Part shown: piece by piece, positions 1 through 8,169 of the stretch | How the letters are laid out: the number at the start of each line of letters is the position of its first letter | How positions within the stretch are numbered: position 1 is the stretch's first letter | Assembly: GCA_016219075.1 (NCBI GenBank) | Contig: JACRCJ010000054.1 | Span: 1 to 40,633 of the forward strand | Origin: Deltaproteobacteria bacterium | Lineage (GTDB): Bacteria > Desulfobacterota > GWC2-55-46 | Direction: 5' to 3' | DNA length: 40,633 nucleotides | Position numbers and translations under genes: made by a program | The notes under the pieces: model-generated | The model's database searches: none | What the model was told of the DNA's origin: nothing | The model's input: only the letters and a program-made list of their open reading frames with translations

Positions 1-1047
1 CGTGGCCGAATCAATCGCCGTTATCTTCGCCCATGTGTCATCGGTCGAGTTATAGAGTGTCTTATTGAGATGGTCGGTCGCGTTGAAATTAGCCGTTGAA
101 TCCACTAATTTATTGGCAGTCGTAGAAGTCGCAGACCCTTGAGTTATATTTAAACCGTCCCCAGCAGAATCACTACCGCCATAAGTTGAAGAAGCCACAT
201 ATATGGTATAACCAATAGTAACGGTAGAACTTATGTTAATGTATGCACTGGGGTCAGATTTAAATATGACAACTGAACTTGTCCTAAATACATTGGCGAT
301 GGAGGTTGACTTCGTGATAATAAACCCGTCGTCCCCTGAAGTGACGCAGGTAGTCCAATCGACATCGGCTCCAAAGTATTCAAATATCCTTTTCGTGAAA
401 GTAAGATTTTTAAAAACTATTTTCTGATAAATAGAGATTTCACCGGATATGGTTGTCGTGCCGGTGGTAGAGCCTTGCAAGGTCAAAGTCTTGGCGGCTC
501 CTGCGGTCTTGCCGATAAGAGTAAGCGTGTTTGAGAATGTGCCCGGAGATACTCTAATGGTGACATTGGCTTGATAACCTGAGTCAGCCGTCGAGAAGGC
601 TTCAGGGATGTTGTCGATGGCGGAAGCGACCTTGTAACTCTGAGCCGTCAGGAAGATGTCGGCGCTGAGGCTCAGTGTCGTCGGACTGTCAACGGCCGTG
701 ACCTTCGCCCAGGTGTCAGTCGTTGCGTTGTAGACGGTCTTGTTCACGAGGGCCGCCGTAAAAGCGGCGGTCGAGTCCACAAGCTTGTTCGCTGTCGTGG
801 CGGTAGTCGTTCCCGAGGCAAGAAGAAGCCCTGTGGCGCCCTGCGTGGCCTGACTTAAACCGCCGAGAGCGGTTGTAGCGACATAGACGGTATAATCAGC
901 GGCGCCCGGAGCCATTTGAACGCCGAGATTGCTCCCTCCGTTGCCTATATAGACCTTGCCCACATCCTCAGCCAATCCAGGCTCGCCGTTAGAGAGTACC
1001 GGCAGGTTGGCGAAGTTGCCTCTGCGTATCTGAACTTTATTTGCCAT
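1..1047 (-). CDS. Phage tail fibre / receptor-binding protein, first 349 codons (C-terminus off the left edge)
   Basis: Absent from the ORF track because it has no stop in the window. I read all 349 plus-strand triplets in phase 1 and none is TTA/CTA/TCA, so the minus frame is open from ATG (1047-1045) to base 1. The start overlaps the upstream stop as TAATG. The product begins MANKVQIRRGNFANLPVLSNGEPGLAEDVGKVYIGNGGSNLGV, the Q-x-RRG ... GE-x-G ... D-x-x-K-x-YIG-x-G motif typical of phage tail-fibre N-termini (Mtd_N/HylP-like, from memory). Confidence 0.7.
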   Translation of the reverse strand, partial: MANKVQIRRGNFANLPVLSNGEPGLAEDVGKVYIGNGGSNLGVQMAPGAADYTVYVATTALGGLSQATQGATGLLLASGTTTATTANKLVDSTAAFTAALVNKTVYNATTDTWAKVTAVDSPTTLSLSADIFLTAQSYKVASAIDNIPEAFSTADSGYQANVTIRVSPGTFSNTLTLIGKTAGAAKTLTLQGSTTGTTTISGEISIYQKIVFKNLTFTKRIFEYFGADVDWTTCVTSGDDGFIITKSTSIANVFRTSSVVIFKSDPSAYINISSTVTIGYTIYVASSTYGGSDSAGDGLNITQGSATSTTANKLVDSTANFNATDHLNKTLYNSTDDTWAKITAIDSAT

Positions 1048-1259
1048 TAGACAAAGGTTCCCCCATCTATGTTAGCCGTATAGGTATAGACTTCGTTAAA
1101 AGCCCCTCCGTCGATGTCACCGTAGTTGTCGAAGATGAGGGCTGTCCCACCGGCATTCACCCTGGTGACTTTCCCGGCGCTTCCAGTATAATCTGCGGGG
1201 GTGTCCGTAAGGACCAGAAAAGTAGAGGCCCCGGCTCCACCTATAGTTTTTGCAAGCAT
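1047..1259 (-). CDS. Small phage protein (70 aa), function unknown
   Basis: Track ORF. Its stop is coupled to the tail-fibre start (TAATG) and it lies in the virion module. No motif I can name with confidence. Confidence 0.5.
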   Translation of the reverse strand: MLAKTIGGAGASTFLVLTDTPADYTGSAGKVTRVNAGGTALIFDNYGDIDGGAFNEVYTYTANIDGGTFV

Positions 1260-1290
1260 CGCGTTCTCCTCGACCGAGCGTGTGGACCGT

Positions 1291-1764
1291 TCAAATATTT
1301 TCTTTCAATACCTTCTCTACATGCGCCGAATACATCCCGGTCAAGCCGCTCTTTTCTTCCTCACTCAGGCCAAAGAACCTGCGGAGCACCTTGTCTTTTC
1401 CGACGCCTGAGACCTGATGGCGGAGTGCCTTCCTGACGCTCTCTTCGCTTTTAAAAAATATCTCCGATCTCTTTTCCGCCGTGTTTACCTCTACGGCGAG
1501 ATCGTCCAACATCTGCCCTGTCGACCTTAAATCGGCCTTGTCCAAGGGCCTGCCTTTCTTCTCTCTTGCCTTTTTATAGGCGCTTGAATACGGCTCAAAC
1601 GCCGTGCCTTCGAAGTCGACTCCGCCATCGGTCCTCTTCAGTATCATCTCTGTAGCGGCTCTCGACACGCTTGACAGGGCGTCTTCGTTAATAAGAGCGG
1701 CTCTGACGGCCTCAAGCCTGTCTTTGAACCCGGCGACCCCGCCAGGCCCGGCCTCAAAGCTCAT
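1291..1764 (-). CDS. Phage virion-morphogenesis / head-tail joining family protein (gpG/HK97-gp10-like), tentative
   Basis: 157 aa. The pattern ...DGGVDFEGTAFEPYSSAYKKAREKKG...DLRSTGQMLDDL...RRFFGLSEEE resembles morphogenesis-family proteins found between capsid and tail genes. The start overlaps the upstream stop (1761-1764). Confidence 0.45.
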   Translation of the reverse strand: MSFEAGPGGVAGFKDRLEAVRAALINEDALSSVSRAATEMILKRTDGGVDFEGTAFEPYSSAYKKAREKKGRPLDKADLRSTGQMLDDLAVEVNTAEKRSEIFFKSEESVRKALRHQVSGVGKDKVLRRFFGLSEEEKSGLTGMYSAHVEKVLKENI

Positions 1765-1952
1765 ACGCCCCTACCTTTATCCGCCCTCTGTGCGGCGTCT
1801 TTGACCTTTTTCTCTATCTCCCTGACCTCTTTGGCGCCTGGCAGCCTTCCCGTCCTTTTCAGGCGGTCCCTGTAGACCCTCTCTATGACCTTCTCTACGG
1901 CCTTATTCTCGCCCTTCATCTTTTTTGCCCTTTGTATTTTTCTTCCGTTCAT
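1761..1952 (-). CDS. Small basic phage protein (63 aa or shorter if it starts at ATG 1919)
   Basis: Track ORF with a 4-nt overlap onto the next gene. There is no SD at 1952 and only a weak one before ATG 1919. Confidence 0.4.
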   Translation of the reverse strand: MNGRKIQRAKKMKGENKAVEKVIERVYRDRLKRTGRLPGAKEVREIEKKVKDAAQRADKGRGV

Positions 1953-2079
1953 GCGCTAAGCTCAGCGGCTTCCAGCCTTTTTTTCGGTACTCTTCGGCCA
2001 TGGCTTCGCTCCCGGCACGGACGCTTATCGTGGTCTTGCCGTCTTGCATCATCAACCCTGTGTCAAACCATCTCTCCAT
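1903..2079 (-). CDS. Small ORF, 58 aa, below the track cut-off (MERWFDTGLMMQDGKTTISVRAGSEAMAEEYRKKGWKPLSLAHERKKNTKGKKDEGRE)
   Basis: Translated by hand. ATG 2079 is preceded by GAGGTGGATGATCA (SD GAGGTGG) and lies 4 nt after the stop of the 2083-2556 ORF. It overlaps 1761-1952 by 50 nt in another frame, so one of the two start assignments is probably wrong. Confidence 0.3.
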   Translation of the reverse strand: MERWFDTGLMMQDGKTTISVRAGSEAMAEEYRKKGWKPLSLAHERKKNTKGKKDEGRE

Positions 2080-2082
2080 TGA

Positions 2083-2556
2083 TCATCCACCTCTTGTCTT
2101 CCTGTACGATTCAAGGGCATCTGTCGATATCGCGTTCTGCGGCTTGAGTTCGACATTATCATCGGCTTTCAGTCCCAGGTAAGCCCTTACCTCAGCACCG
2201 AAAAACTCGACCGGGATCGGTTCCGGGATCTTCAAAAACGGGGTGTCTGGAAAGTCTATCCCCTCTTTTTTCAGTCCCCTGTGCGCCCTTAAAGCCCCTT
2301 CCATCCTTCTGAGAAACGCCGAGTCGACCGGTTTAAGAGGAACCCACCCGTCCCTCCAGTAGCGAACCGCCGCTTCCTTGAGTTCGCTGACCTTAACGGT
2401 CTGGATCAGTCTGACCCCTCCCTCGTAGTGCGTGAACTGAGAGTTCCACATCCAGAAGTCCTTCAGATATTCGCCCTGCCACGCGACCCCGGCGTATCTG
2501 TTGCAGGCCAACGGTATGTATCCCCTGTCTAAAAACGATCTCGCCGTCAATCTCAT
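2083..2556 (-). CDS. Phage hypothetical protein (157 aa, Trp-rich), no recognisable family
   Basis: Track ORF directly downstream of the major capsid gene, with SD AAAGGA before the ATG. Confidence 0.55.
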   Translation of the reverse strand: MRLTARSFLDRGYIPLACNRYAGVAWQGEYLKDFWMWNSQFTHYEGGVRLIQTVKVSELKEAAVRYWRDGWVPLKPVDSAFLRRMEGALRAHRGLKKEGIDFPDTPFLKIPEPIPVEFFGAEVRAYLGLKADDNVELKPQNAISTDALESYRKTRGG

Positions 2557-2584
2557 GTTCTTGATCCTTTTCGCGCTCTGCCGT

Positions 2585-2621
2585 CACTTGAAACCCCGAC
2601 CCCGGGTCCGTTCAGAACGTT
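2585..2621 (+). repeat. Diverged copy of the dispersed palindromic repeat (plus orientation, antisense to the phage genes)
   Basis: CACTTGAAACCCCGACCCCGGGTCCGTTCAGAACGTT shares CTTGAAACCCCG and TTCAGAACGTT with the nuoD/prs copies and carries ~9 extra central nt. Confidence 0.5.
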
Positions 2622-2622
2622 T

Positions 2623-2650
2623 GCCGGAGGGGCGAAAGGCCCCTCCCGGC
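2623..2650 (-). terminator. GC-rich hairpin just downstream of the major capsid gene (attenuator/terminator-like, no clear U-tract)
   Basis: GCCGGAGGGGC-GAAA-GGCCCCTCCCGGC forms an 11-bp stem with one bulged C, 19 nt after the capsid stop. Confidence 0.45.
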
Positions 2651-2668
2651 AACCGTTCTCTCTACATC

Positions 2669-3532
2669 TTACTCGTGCTTCGTCACTATCTTTACGCCGC
2701 CGTTTGCGGCTGTGTTTACGCAGCCCTGGCCGTATACGGCAGTAACGACGATCTCCGTGGACCTTAACGAGGCGTCCCTCTGGAACTCGGTCTTGGCGCC
2801 AGTCTTCAGGACATAGGCAAGGCCTGACTGGTTTCCAAGAGGCGTCATCACGCCCTGCCTGTCTGCGTTAACGTTTACTGATGCGCAGTTTGTCGACTGG
2901 ACGATATCGACCCCGTAAAGGGTGCCGAGCGATCCTACCTCCGAGGCGGGCGCGGAAGGCCCGCCCCAGACCGCTCCGGTGGACGCGGCTATGGCAGAAC
3001 GGAGGTTGCTGACCTGATACGGATGGAGCACCGATACGAACGGCCCTTTGGCATTTCCGAGCTCAAGGGTGTAGATGGCCGACAGGAAGTTGGCCTCCGA
3101 GAGGTTTACGCCGGTCGTGCCTACGGCGCTTGAGAAACTTGAGGCGCTTGCGAGGATGTCCGTGTCGATCTTGTTGGCAAGCGCTTTGCCGAGCTCGGCG
3201 GCGAAAGGTTCGAGCCCTCCGAGTCCGGATCCGTTTAAGAGCATGTCCGTTACCGTTATCATGATCCCTGCCTCATCCGCGCTGACAAGCGTTGATGTGG
3301 TGTTCACGGCGGTGTTGCTCATGTCTACTGCTTCGACAAGGTCGGAGGCGGCAAGTAGCGGCCACTTGGGGAACTCCACCGTAAGGGTCGAATCCCCGCT
3401 TATGTCGGCTACCCTCACAAGGGGCGGCATCATTGCCTCTGCGTACGCCGCGTCTATTATGAGCCTTGATACTATCTCCGCGGCTACCAGCTCTCCTGCC
3501 GAAGCCGCAGCGGTGGTTACTTCATTAGCCAT
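2669..3532 (-). CDS. Major capsid protein (HK97-fold type)
   Basis: 287 aa, Ala/Thr/Ser/Gly-rich with no Cys-rich or TM features. Strong SD (GGGAGG). It sits immediately after the scaffold gene in the order terL-portal-scaffold-capsid. Confidence 0.8.
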   Translation of the reverse strand: MANEVTTAAASAGELVAAEIVSRLIIDAAYAEAMMPPLVRVADISGDSTLTVEFPKWPLLAASDLVEAVDMSNTAVNTTSTLVSADEAGIMITVTDMLLNGSGLGGLEPFAAELGKALANKIDTDILASASSFSSAVGTTGVNLSEANFLSAIYTLELGNAKGPFVSVLHPYQVSNLRSAIAASTGAVWGGPSAPASEVGSLGTLYGVDIVQSTNCASVNVNADRQGVMTPLGNQSGLAYVLKTGAKTEFQRDASLRSTEIVVTAVYGQGCVNTAANGGVKIVTKHE

Positions 3533-3585
3533 TGATTAAGACCTCCCTGTTTACGGGCGGACCTGTGATCGGAACGGGCCCCGCC

Positions 3586-4272
3586 CTACCTGTTAGATGA
3601 AACACCCGACTGAAACTTCCTTTTCCGGGCCTCCAGAAAGGGGTTTTTGACATCCTTGAACTTATAGGTCTGCCCCGTGGCGCCCTGGACGCTTATCCCC
3701 TCCTTAAGAAGCCTGTCCAGCTCCTCTCTCGGCATGCTGCGCCAGACAGCCGGGTCCGAAAGGTCGTACCTTAAAGACGCGTTGGCGGAAAACCTGGAGC
3801 CCGCCGAGCCGGAACCCGCGCCCCCCGACGCCCTCAGATGGTGCGGTCTCTCGGAAAGCCAGTTCCCGACGTACTCTTCCACAGACATCGGCAGTCCCGT
3901 ATGGTTTATCCTGGAGGCGCCGGTCTCGCCTACGACGCTCAGGTTACCGGAGTCATCGACCCTGACGCGGTCTTTAAGGAGCTCGACTACCTCCTCGGCG
4001 TCCACTACGCTGTGTCTGGATACTGCCCGAAGCAATGCAGCCGTCTTTCTTTCGTGCTTGAGAGTGTCGAGTTCGGCCTTGAGCTTCTCGACCTCTTCGG
4101 ACGGGTGCCTTCTCTGCGCCTTCGAGTATGCCTTTTTGTACGCCTCGTCTATAAGCTCCTGCACCTTCGCCTGCTGCTCAGGCAAGAACATGACCCTGGA
4201 GGATTCGGACTCAAACCCGTTTTTAGGGCCGTCGCCGTTTTCAACCGTTTTAAGTTCGTCAACCCGCTGCAT
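3586..4272 (-). CDS. Capsid scaffolding protein (start re-assigned to ATG 4272; the track start 4347 is a TTG)
   Basis: ATG 4272 is preceded by AAAAAGGAGGTCACAG (consensus SD). The product is charged and coiled-coil-like (…EQQAKVQELIDEAYKKAYSKAQ…EEVEKLKAELDTLKHERK…) and lies between portal and capsid. Confidence 0.7.
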   Translation of the reverse strand: MQRVDELKTVENGDGPKNGFESESSRVMFLPEQQAKVQELIDEAYKKAYSKAQRRHPSEEVEKLKAELDTLKHERKTAALLRAVSRHSVVDAEEVVELLKDRVRVDDSGNLSVVGETGASRINHTGLPMSVEEYVGNWLSERPHHLRASGGAGSGSAGSRFSANASLRYDLSDPAVWRSMPREELDRLLKEGISVQGATGQTYKFKDVKNPFLEARKRKFQSGVSSNR

Positions 4273-4343
4273 CTGTGACCTCCTTTTTCTTCCCCCTAAT
4301 TTTACCTGGAGCCGCCCCGGGGTAAAGACGGCGCCAGTACGAT

Positions 4344-4637
4344 TCAAACGATGCTCTTCCTGTCGCCTGCGAGAACGCCGAGAAGCCTCTTTTTATCGAG
4401 CAGCCCTCTGACGACCGAGGCGCATATCTCTGATTTACGGCTGAACGGGAGGTTCTGCCATTCAGGCGTTCCGGCGACTTTCAGCACTGACCTTCTCGCC
4501 TCTTCCCAGACGGCCTCAGTTATAAGAAGCGCCGTCCTGAAGTCTATCCCGTGCTTTTCGCTTATGACCCCTGCCGTATCCATCGCCTTATGCTTCAAGT
4601 AGCTCTGTGACATGCCGCCGCCCTTTCCTGAATTCAC
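4344..4637 (-). CDS. Phage hypothetical protein (97 aa)
   Basis: Track ORF. Its GTG start overlaps the portal stop (GTGA); an alternative ATG lies at 4613. Confidence 0.5.
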   Translation of the reverse strand: MNSGKGGGMSQSYLKHKAMDTAGVISEKHGIDFRTALLITEAVWEEARRSVLKVAGTPEWQNLPFSRKSEICASVVRGLLDKKRLLGVLAGDRKSIV

Positions 4638-5989
4638 GCCGCGCCTCCGTCTATCTCCGTCGTTATCCTGCTCCTTAACGACTCGTCAATCTTGGGGAGC
4701 ACCGCTGAGGCTATCTTTTTCTGAAGCTCCTTTTTAAAAGTGACGGAATCGACCCTGGCAGACTGCGCGTTGATCGCGTTTTGAAGGTCCCTGTCGATAT
4801 CCTTCACCGAAAAATCGTCCGGGTAATCTATGACCCCGTCGAACGACCTGCCTTCCCACTTCGCCCACAACGACAGGATCTTATTCTCGGCCTGCTCGAG
4901 GTTGTCCGCCTTTTCGCTGAGGACGGAGTAAAGCTGCTGGTACTCAAGCTCAAGCGCCACTCCTGACCTCGCGTTCTGAAAGTCTTCGGCCGACTTGACC
5001 CCGCCCATCTTCGCGATCCTGTATATCTCTCCGATGTCCTGCCTTACCCACTCCCTTATCTCCGAGAGCGAGGAATGGGGGGCTTCGAGCCAGAACGGAT
5101 GGGCGTTCGGCTCGGCCGGGTCGAACTGAAGGATATTGTGCGGGCCGACCTCTTTGGTGTCCTTGCTCTCTCCCCTCGTGTAAGGCACGGCCAGCATCGG
5201 GAACGCGGTGTTCTCTATGATCTCCTTGGCGTCGCTGCAGAGGTAATATATGTTCTTGTTTATGTCGGCTATGTCCTGGATGTCCGAGATCCCGACCATC
5301 TTTATGCCGGACTGCTTGTTGTAAAGGTTTACCACCGGCACCTCTTCGAGACCGTGCCAGCCCGAGTCGATGATCTCGGCGTCTCCGCTCTCCGGGGAAA
5401 CGCGCCACAGCTCCCAGTCCTCCCTTCTCCAGATGCGGTAGATGTTCTCGGCCTCTTTTATCTTTACCATGTCGAGGACCGCTCGCCCGGAAGGAAGCCT
5501 CAGGTAGTTCCAGTCAAGGAGGTTCTCCGGGGTCACCAGCGCCACATACGGGCGTATTCCGAGAGTCTGCGCCTCGGCCTTCGTGGCTGCCAGCATATTG
5601 GGCTTGTCCACGACTATTGAGACCCTGCCGTAGATGCTCGCGAACCTTCCGGCCTCCCTCATGAAGTGCTTGAACGAATTACCGTCCTGGTCCGCGTCCT
5701 TCCGGAAGGCCTCGAAAAACGGGTCGCCCGCGAGCGAGCCGAACTCCCTTCTGGCGTCCTTCCTGTAGAGGTGCGACACGAAGATATCGACTATCGGGCC
5801 GCAGTAGTTGTAGTAATAGCTCGTCTCCTTCCGTCTCCTGTAGTTGACCGAGCTTTCAAAGGGGTGCTGGAGAAGGTAGTCGCCCTCCCTGTACATCTTT
5901 CCGCCGAAGTACGAGCGGATGTAAAAGAGCCACTCGTCTGCAAATGTCCTGTAATACGGGTGCGTGCTTTCAAGCTCTTCTCTTGTCAT
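4634..5989 (-). CDS. Portal protein (resembles DUF4055-type portals, from memory)
   Basis: 451 aa, immediately downstream of terL. The segment …GNSFKHFMREAGRFASIYGRVSIVVDKP…GIRPYVALVTPENLLDW… fits the architecture of that portal family. Confidence 0.75.
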   Translation of the reverse strand: MTREELESTHPYYRTFADEWLFYIRSYFGGKMYREGDYLLQHPFESSVNYRRRKETSYYYNYCGPIVDIFVSHLYRKDARREFGSLAGDPFFEAFRKDADQDGNSFKHFMREAGRFASIYGRVSIVVDKPNMLAATKAEAQTLGIRPYVALVTPENLLDWNYLRLPSGRAVLDMVKIKEAENIYRIWRREDWELWRVSPESGDAEIIDSGWHGLEEVPVVNLYNKQSGIKMVGISDIQDIADINKNIYYLCSDAKEIIENTAFPMLAVPYTRGESKDTKEVGPHNILQFDPAEPNAHPFWLEAPHSSLSEIREWVRQDIGEIYRIAKMGGVKSAEDFQNARSGVALELEYQQLYSVLSEKADNLEQAENKILSLWAKWEGRSFDGVIDYPDDFSVKDIDRDLQNAINAQSARVDSVTFKKELQKKIASAVLPKIDESLRSRITTEIDGGAA

Positions 5990-6014
5990 CTGTGCTCTCC
6001 GTTTCTTAAGCCCT

Positions 6015-7286
6015 CTATTTGTAGAACCTCTTTACCCTGTCCGGTTTTTTAAGCCTCAAAGGGAACTCGCATTCTATGTAGTACCCAAGAGCGTCGGCGG
6101 CGTGAGTCCTGTCGGGACTCGACTTGTTTATCTGTGCGCCGTTCTCCATCCACTCGATCTTCTCGAAATCCTTCCTTAAAGAAACGCACCTCGGGTGGTG
6201 CCTGAGCCTGATCTCGTCGTTGGTATTGCAGAGCATCGCGTTAACCGCGTTCACCCGGTCCCTGACCGGCGGGTTTGCCTTTTTTATCCTCTGGTCCTTG
6301 AACCCGAGTTCCGAAAGGAGCGCGTAGTCGCTCTTTCCGGCCGTTGACCTGCTCATCCCGGCCGCGTCGCCGTAGACGATGACCCCGCCCCTGTGCCGGC
6401 CGTACCTCTCAAGCGCTGCTCTGCCCATCTCGACCGTATTGGTATTTCTCATGATCAGCTCGTCGATCACGAAAACGCTCTTGCCGTCGGTCTGCGCGAA
6501 CTCCCACACGCATGGGTCGACATTGAAATCGCAGCAGACGATAAGCGCCGAGCCAGGGTCGAGACCTATTTGACCGTCTTCGTGCCTGACAGGGTCATAG
6601 GCGTAGTAGACGCGGGCGCTTCCGCCTTCGAAACTGGCCTCGTACTCCTGCCTGAAGGTCCTGGTGTCAAGCACCCTTCTTGCGGCCTCCAATTCCTCTT
6701 CGAGGAGTATCTCGGAAGAGTGCCAAGAATATACCCCCCAGTCGGGATCGGCCCCGCTTTTAGCGTAGTCCACGAGGTCTTTGTAGTGGTTGAGCCCTTC
6801 CGGCACGCCTATGAACCAGCACCAGCCGCGCCTGTCGGAGAGCGCGGGCCTGATGTTTTCACCCCACGCGCCGGGCTTCATGTTCGCGTACTCGTCAAGG
6901 ACCCCCCCGTCCCACGGCGTGCCTTCTATCCTCTGAGGCTTGTCAAGCCCTATGACCCAGAGCTCGGAACCGAAGACCGTTTGCACGCAGAGGTCGGTCT
7001 CGTATACCTTCCTTATCCATTTGCCGGGGATAAACCCCTTCAGGTCGTTCCAGAATATCCGCTTAGCCTGATCCTTGGTCGGCGCGGCAGCGAAGTATCT
7101 CGGGTCCGTCCACGGCTTCTTTAACGGCATCGAAATGACAAGCTTTCTTTTGGCGAGCTCCGTTTTGCCGCTCCTTCTGCCGGCGGGGACTACCGCGAAC
7201 CTCTTATTCTCCGTCCACAGCCTCATCTGTTCCGCCTGGTATCGTAGCGAGATCCATTTCGGCGGCAATCTTCTCTGTGTCGTCAA
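6015..7286 (-). CDS. terL: Terminase large subunit
   Basis: 423 aa with Walker A VVPAGRRSGKTELAKRK near the N-terminus and an acidic nuclease-type C-terminal half. The TTG start at 7286 overlaps terS; the alternative ATG 7226 would cut conserved N-terminal sequence. Confidence 0.9.
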   Translation of the reverse strand: MTTQRRLPPKWISLRYQAEQMRLWTENKRFAVVPAGRRSGKTELAKRKLVISMPLKKPWTDPRYFAAAPTKDQAKRIFWNDLKGFIPGKWIRKVYETDLCVQTVFGSELWVIGLDKPQRIEGTPWDGGVLDEYANMKPGAWGENIRPALSDRRGWCWFIGVPEGLNHYKDLVDYAKSGADPDWGVYSWHSSEILLEEELEAARRVLDTRTFRQEYEASFEGGSARVYYAYDPVRHEDGQIGLDPGSALIVCCDFNVDPCVWEFAQTDGKSVFVIDELIMRNTNTVEMGRAALERYGRHRGGVIVYGDAAGMSRSTAGKSDYALLSELGFKDQRIKKANPPVRDRVNAVNAMLCNTNDEIRLRHHPRCVSLRKDFEKIEWMENGAQINKSSPDRTHAADALGYYIECEFPLRLKKPDRVKRFYK

Positions 7287-7662
7287 GGTTCACACTCGCG
7301 TCGTCTTCTATTCCCCATGCCAGTCTTTCACCCTTGATGACGCTTGAGAGGACTTCACCGGCCATCTTCGCTACCTTCAGTTCCTCGAGTCCCAGTTTCA
7401 CATCGTTGTTATGGAGGCCTTTCACAAGCCTCTTTTTAACGCCTTTCCACAGGACCCTGTGGTCATCGAAGAGGTCTTCAGGCTTTCGGGCCGTTGTACT
7501 TTGGCCGTCTCTCCCCTCAAAGGCGTCCTTTTTTCTCCAGCCTTCTTTTTTTACCCTTTTGCCGATCGTGTTTCTGTGCAGGCCGTACTTCTTTGCCAGT
7601 TCGATTATCGTTACTGATCCGGAGCCGAACTCCTCTTTGACAGCTTTCCAGTCAATCCCCAC
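7204..7662 (-). CDS. terS: Terminase small subunit (HTH N-terminus)
   Basis: 152 aa. The N-terminus …SVTIIELAKKYGLHRNTIGKRVKKEGW… is HTH-like. GTG start with SD GAGG, directly upstream of terL. Confidence 0.65.
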   Translation of the reverse strand: MGIDWKAVKEEFGSGSVTIIELAKKYGLHRNTIGKRVKKEGWRKKDAFEGRDGQSTTARKPEDLFDDHRVLWKGVKKRLVKGLHNNDVKLGLEELKVAKMAGEVLSSVIKGERLAWGIEDDASVNLDDTEKIAAEMDLATIPGGTDEAVDGE

Positions 7663-7712
7663 TCTTAAACCTCGGTCTCGTACTCTCTTTGCGGTCCGCC
7701 GGTCAAAGGGTC

Positions 7713-7895
7713 CTATATCCTGTCGAGGCCCTCATGGTCGCTGCATGACTTCAGTGCATAGAGGCTGATGAATACCTTCCCGCATTCAAGGCACCTCTCA
7801 GGCTCCCTCAGAAGAACTCTTGAGCCGCCTTTGCCGTTGAACATGCCGAATCTTTCCTGCGTACCGAAACTCACCTGATCGGAATCCACTCTCAT
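7713..7895 (-). CDS. Small phage protein with possible C2-CH zinc ribbon (CLEC-x12-C-x2-H)
   Basis: 60-aa track ORF with good SD (GGAGG, 7-nt spacing). Confidence 0.45.
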   Translation of the reverse strand: MRVDSDQVSFGTQERFGMFNGKGGSRVLLREPERCLECGKVFISLYALKSCSDHEGLDRI

Positions 7896-7967
7896 GTCAT
7901 AACCTCCGTTACGCTTCGTATACTCTATGGTGTTTTATTTCTACCCCTGTTTTCTCATCCGCCCGTA

Positions 7968-7997
7968 TTGACAGTGGAATTTGCCGATAATTATTCT
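7968..7997 (+). promoter_or_regulatory. Candidate sigma70 promoter on the plus strand: TTGACA-N18-TATTCT
   Basis: TTGACA at 7968-7973 and TATTCT at 7992-7997, in a 330-bp gap between minus-strand phage genes. Confidence 0.35.
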
Positions 7998-8117
7998 ACC
8001 CCCGGCGCTTTGCCGAAACGCATCCAATCTACTCACCTTGCGGTTTAGCCGTATGTCAGCGGTCGGGCTTGAGGACAGACAGTGAGGTGGAGGCGAGGCT
8101 TGGATGGAGATAAGACG

Positions 8118-8169
8118 GTCACTCACAAGGCTTAAAACCCAGTGGTTTTCAGAACGTCAAAATAAAAAA
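8118..8169 (+). repeat. Copy of the dispersed palindromic repeat (3' two-thirds), plus orientation
   Basis: GGCTTAAAACCCAGTGGTTTTCAGAACGTCAAAATAAAAAAG can be compared with the prs copy GGGCTTAAAACCCACAGGGTTTTCAGAACGTTAGAAATAAAAT. Confidence 0.7.

Noticed and set aside
1-1047. Diversity-generating retroelement, suggested by the Mtd-like N-terminal motif and the internal repeat.
   Set aside because: There is no reverse transcriptase or Avd gene in the window. The two repeat modules differ at all base types rather than only at adenines. The C-terminal variable region would lie off-window.
1903-1952. A-run (GGGCAAAAAAGATG) in the 50-nt overlap of the two small phage ORFs, read as a programmed frameshift site.
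   Set aside because: Fusing 1903-2079 to 1761-1952 would need a +1 shift rather than the usual -1, the heptamer is not in the X XXY YYZ phase of the upstream frame, and no downstream structure was noted.
3677-7768. Plus-strand ORFs across the phage structural genes (3677-4411, 3838-4278, 5075-5620, 6393-7124, 7277-7768).
   Set aside because: They are antisense to recognisable scaffold, portal and terminase genes. They have Ser/Leu/Arg-rich composition and no SD.
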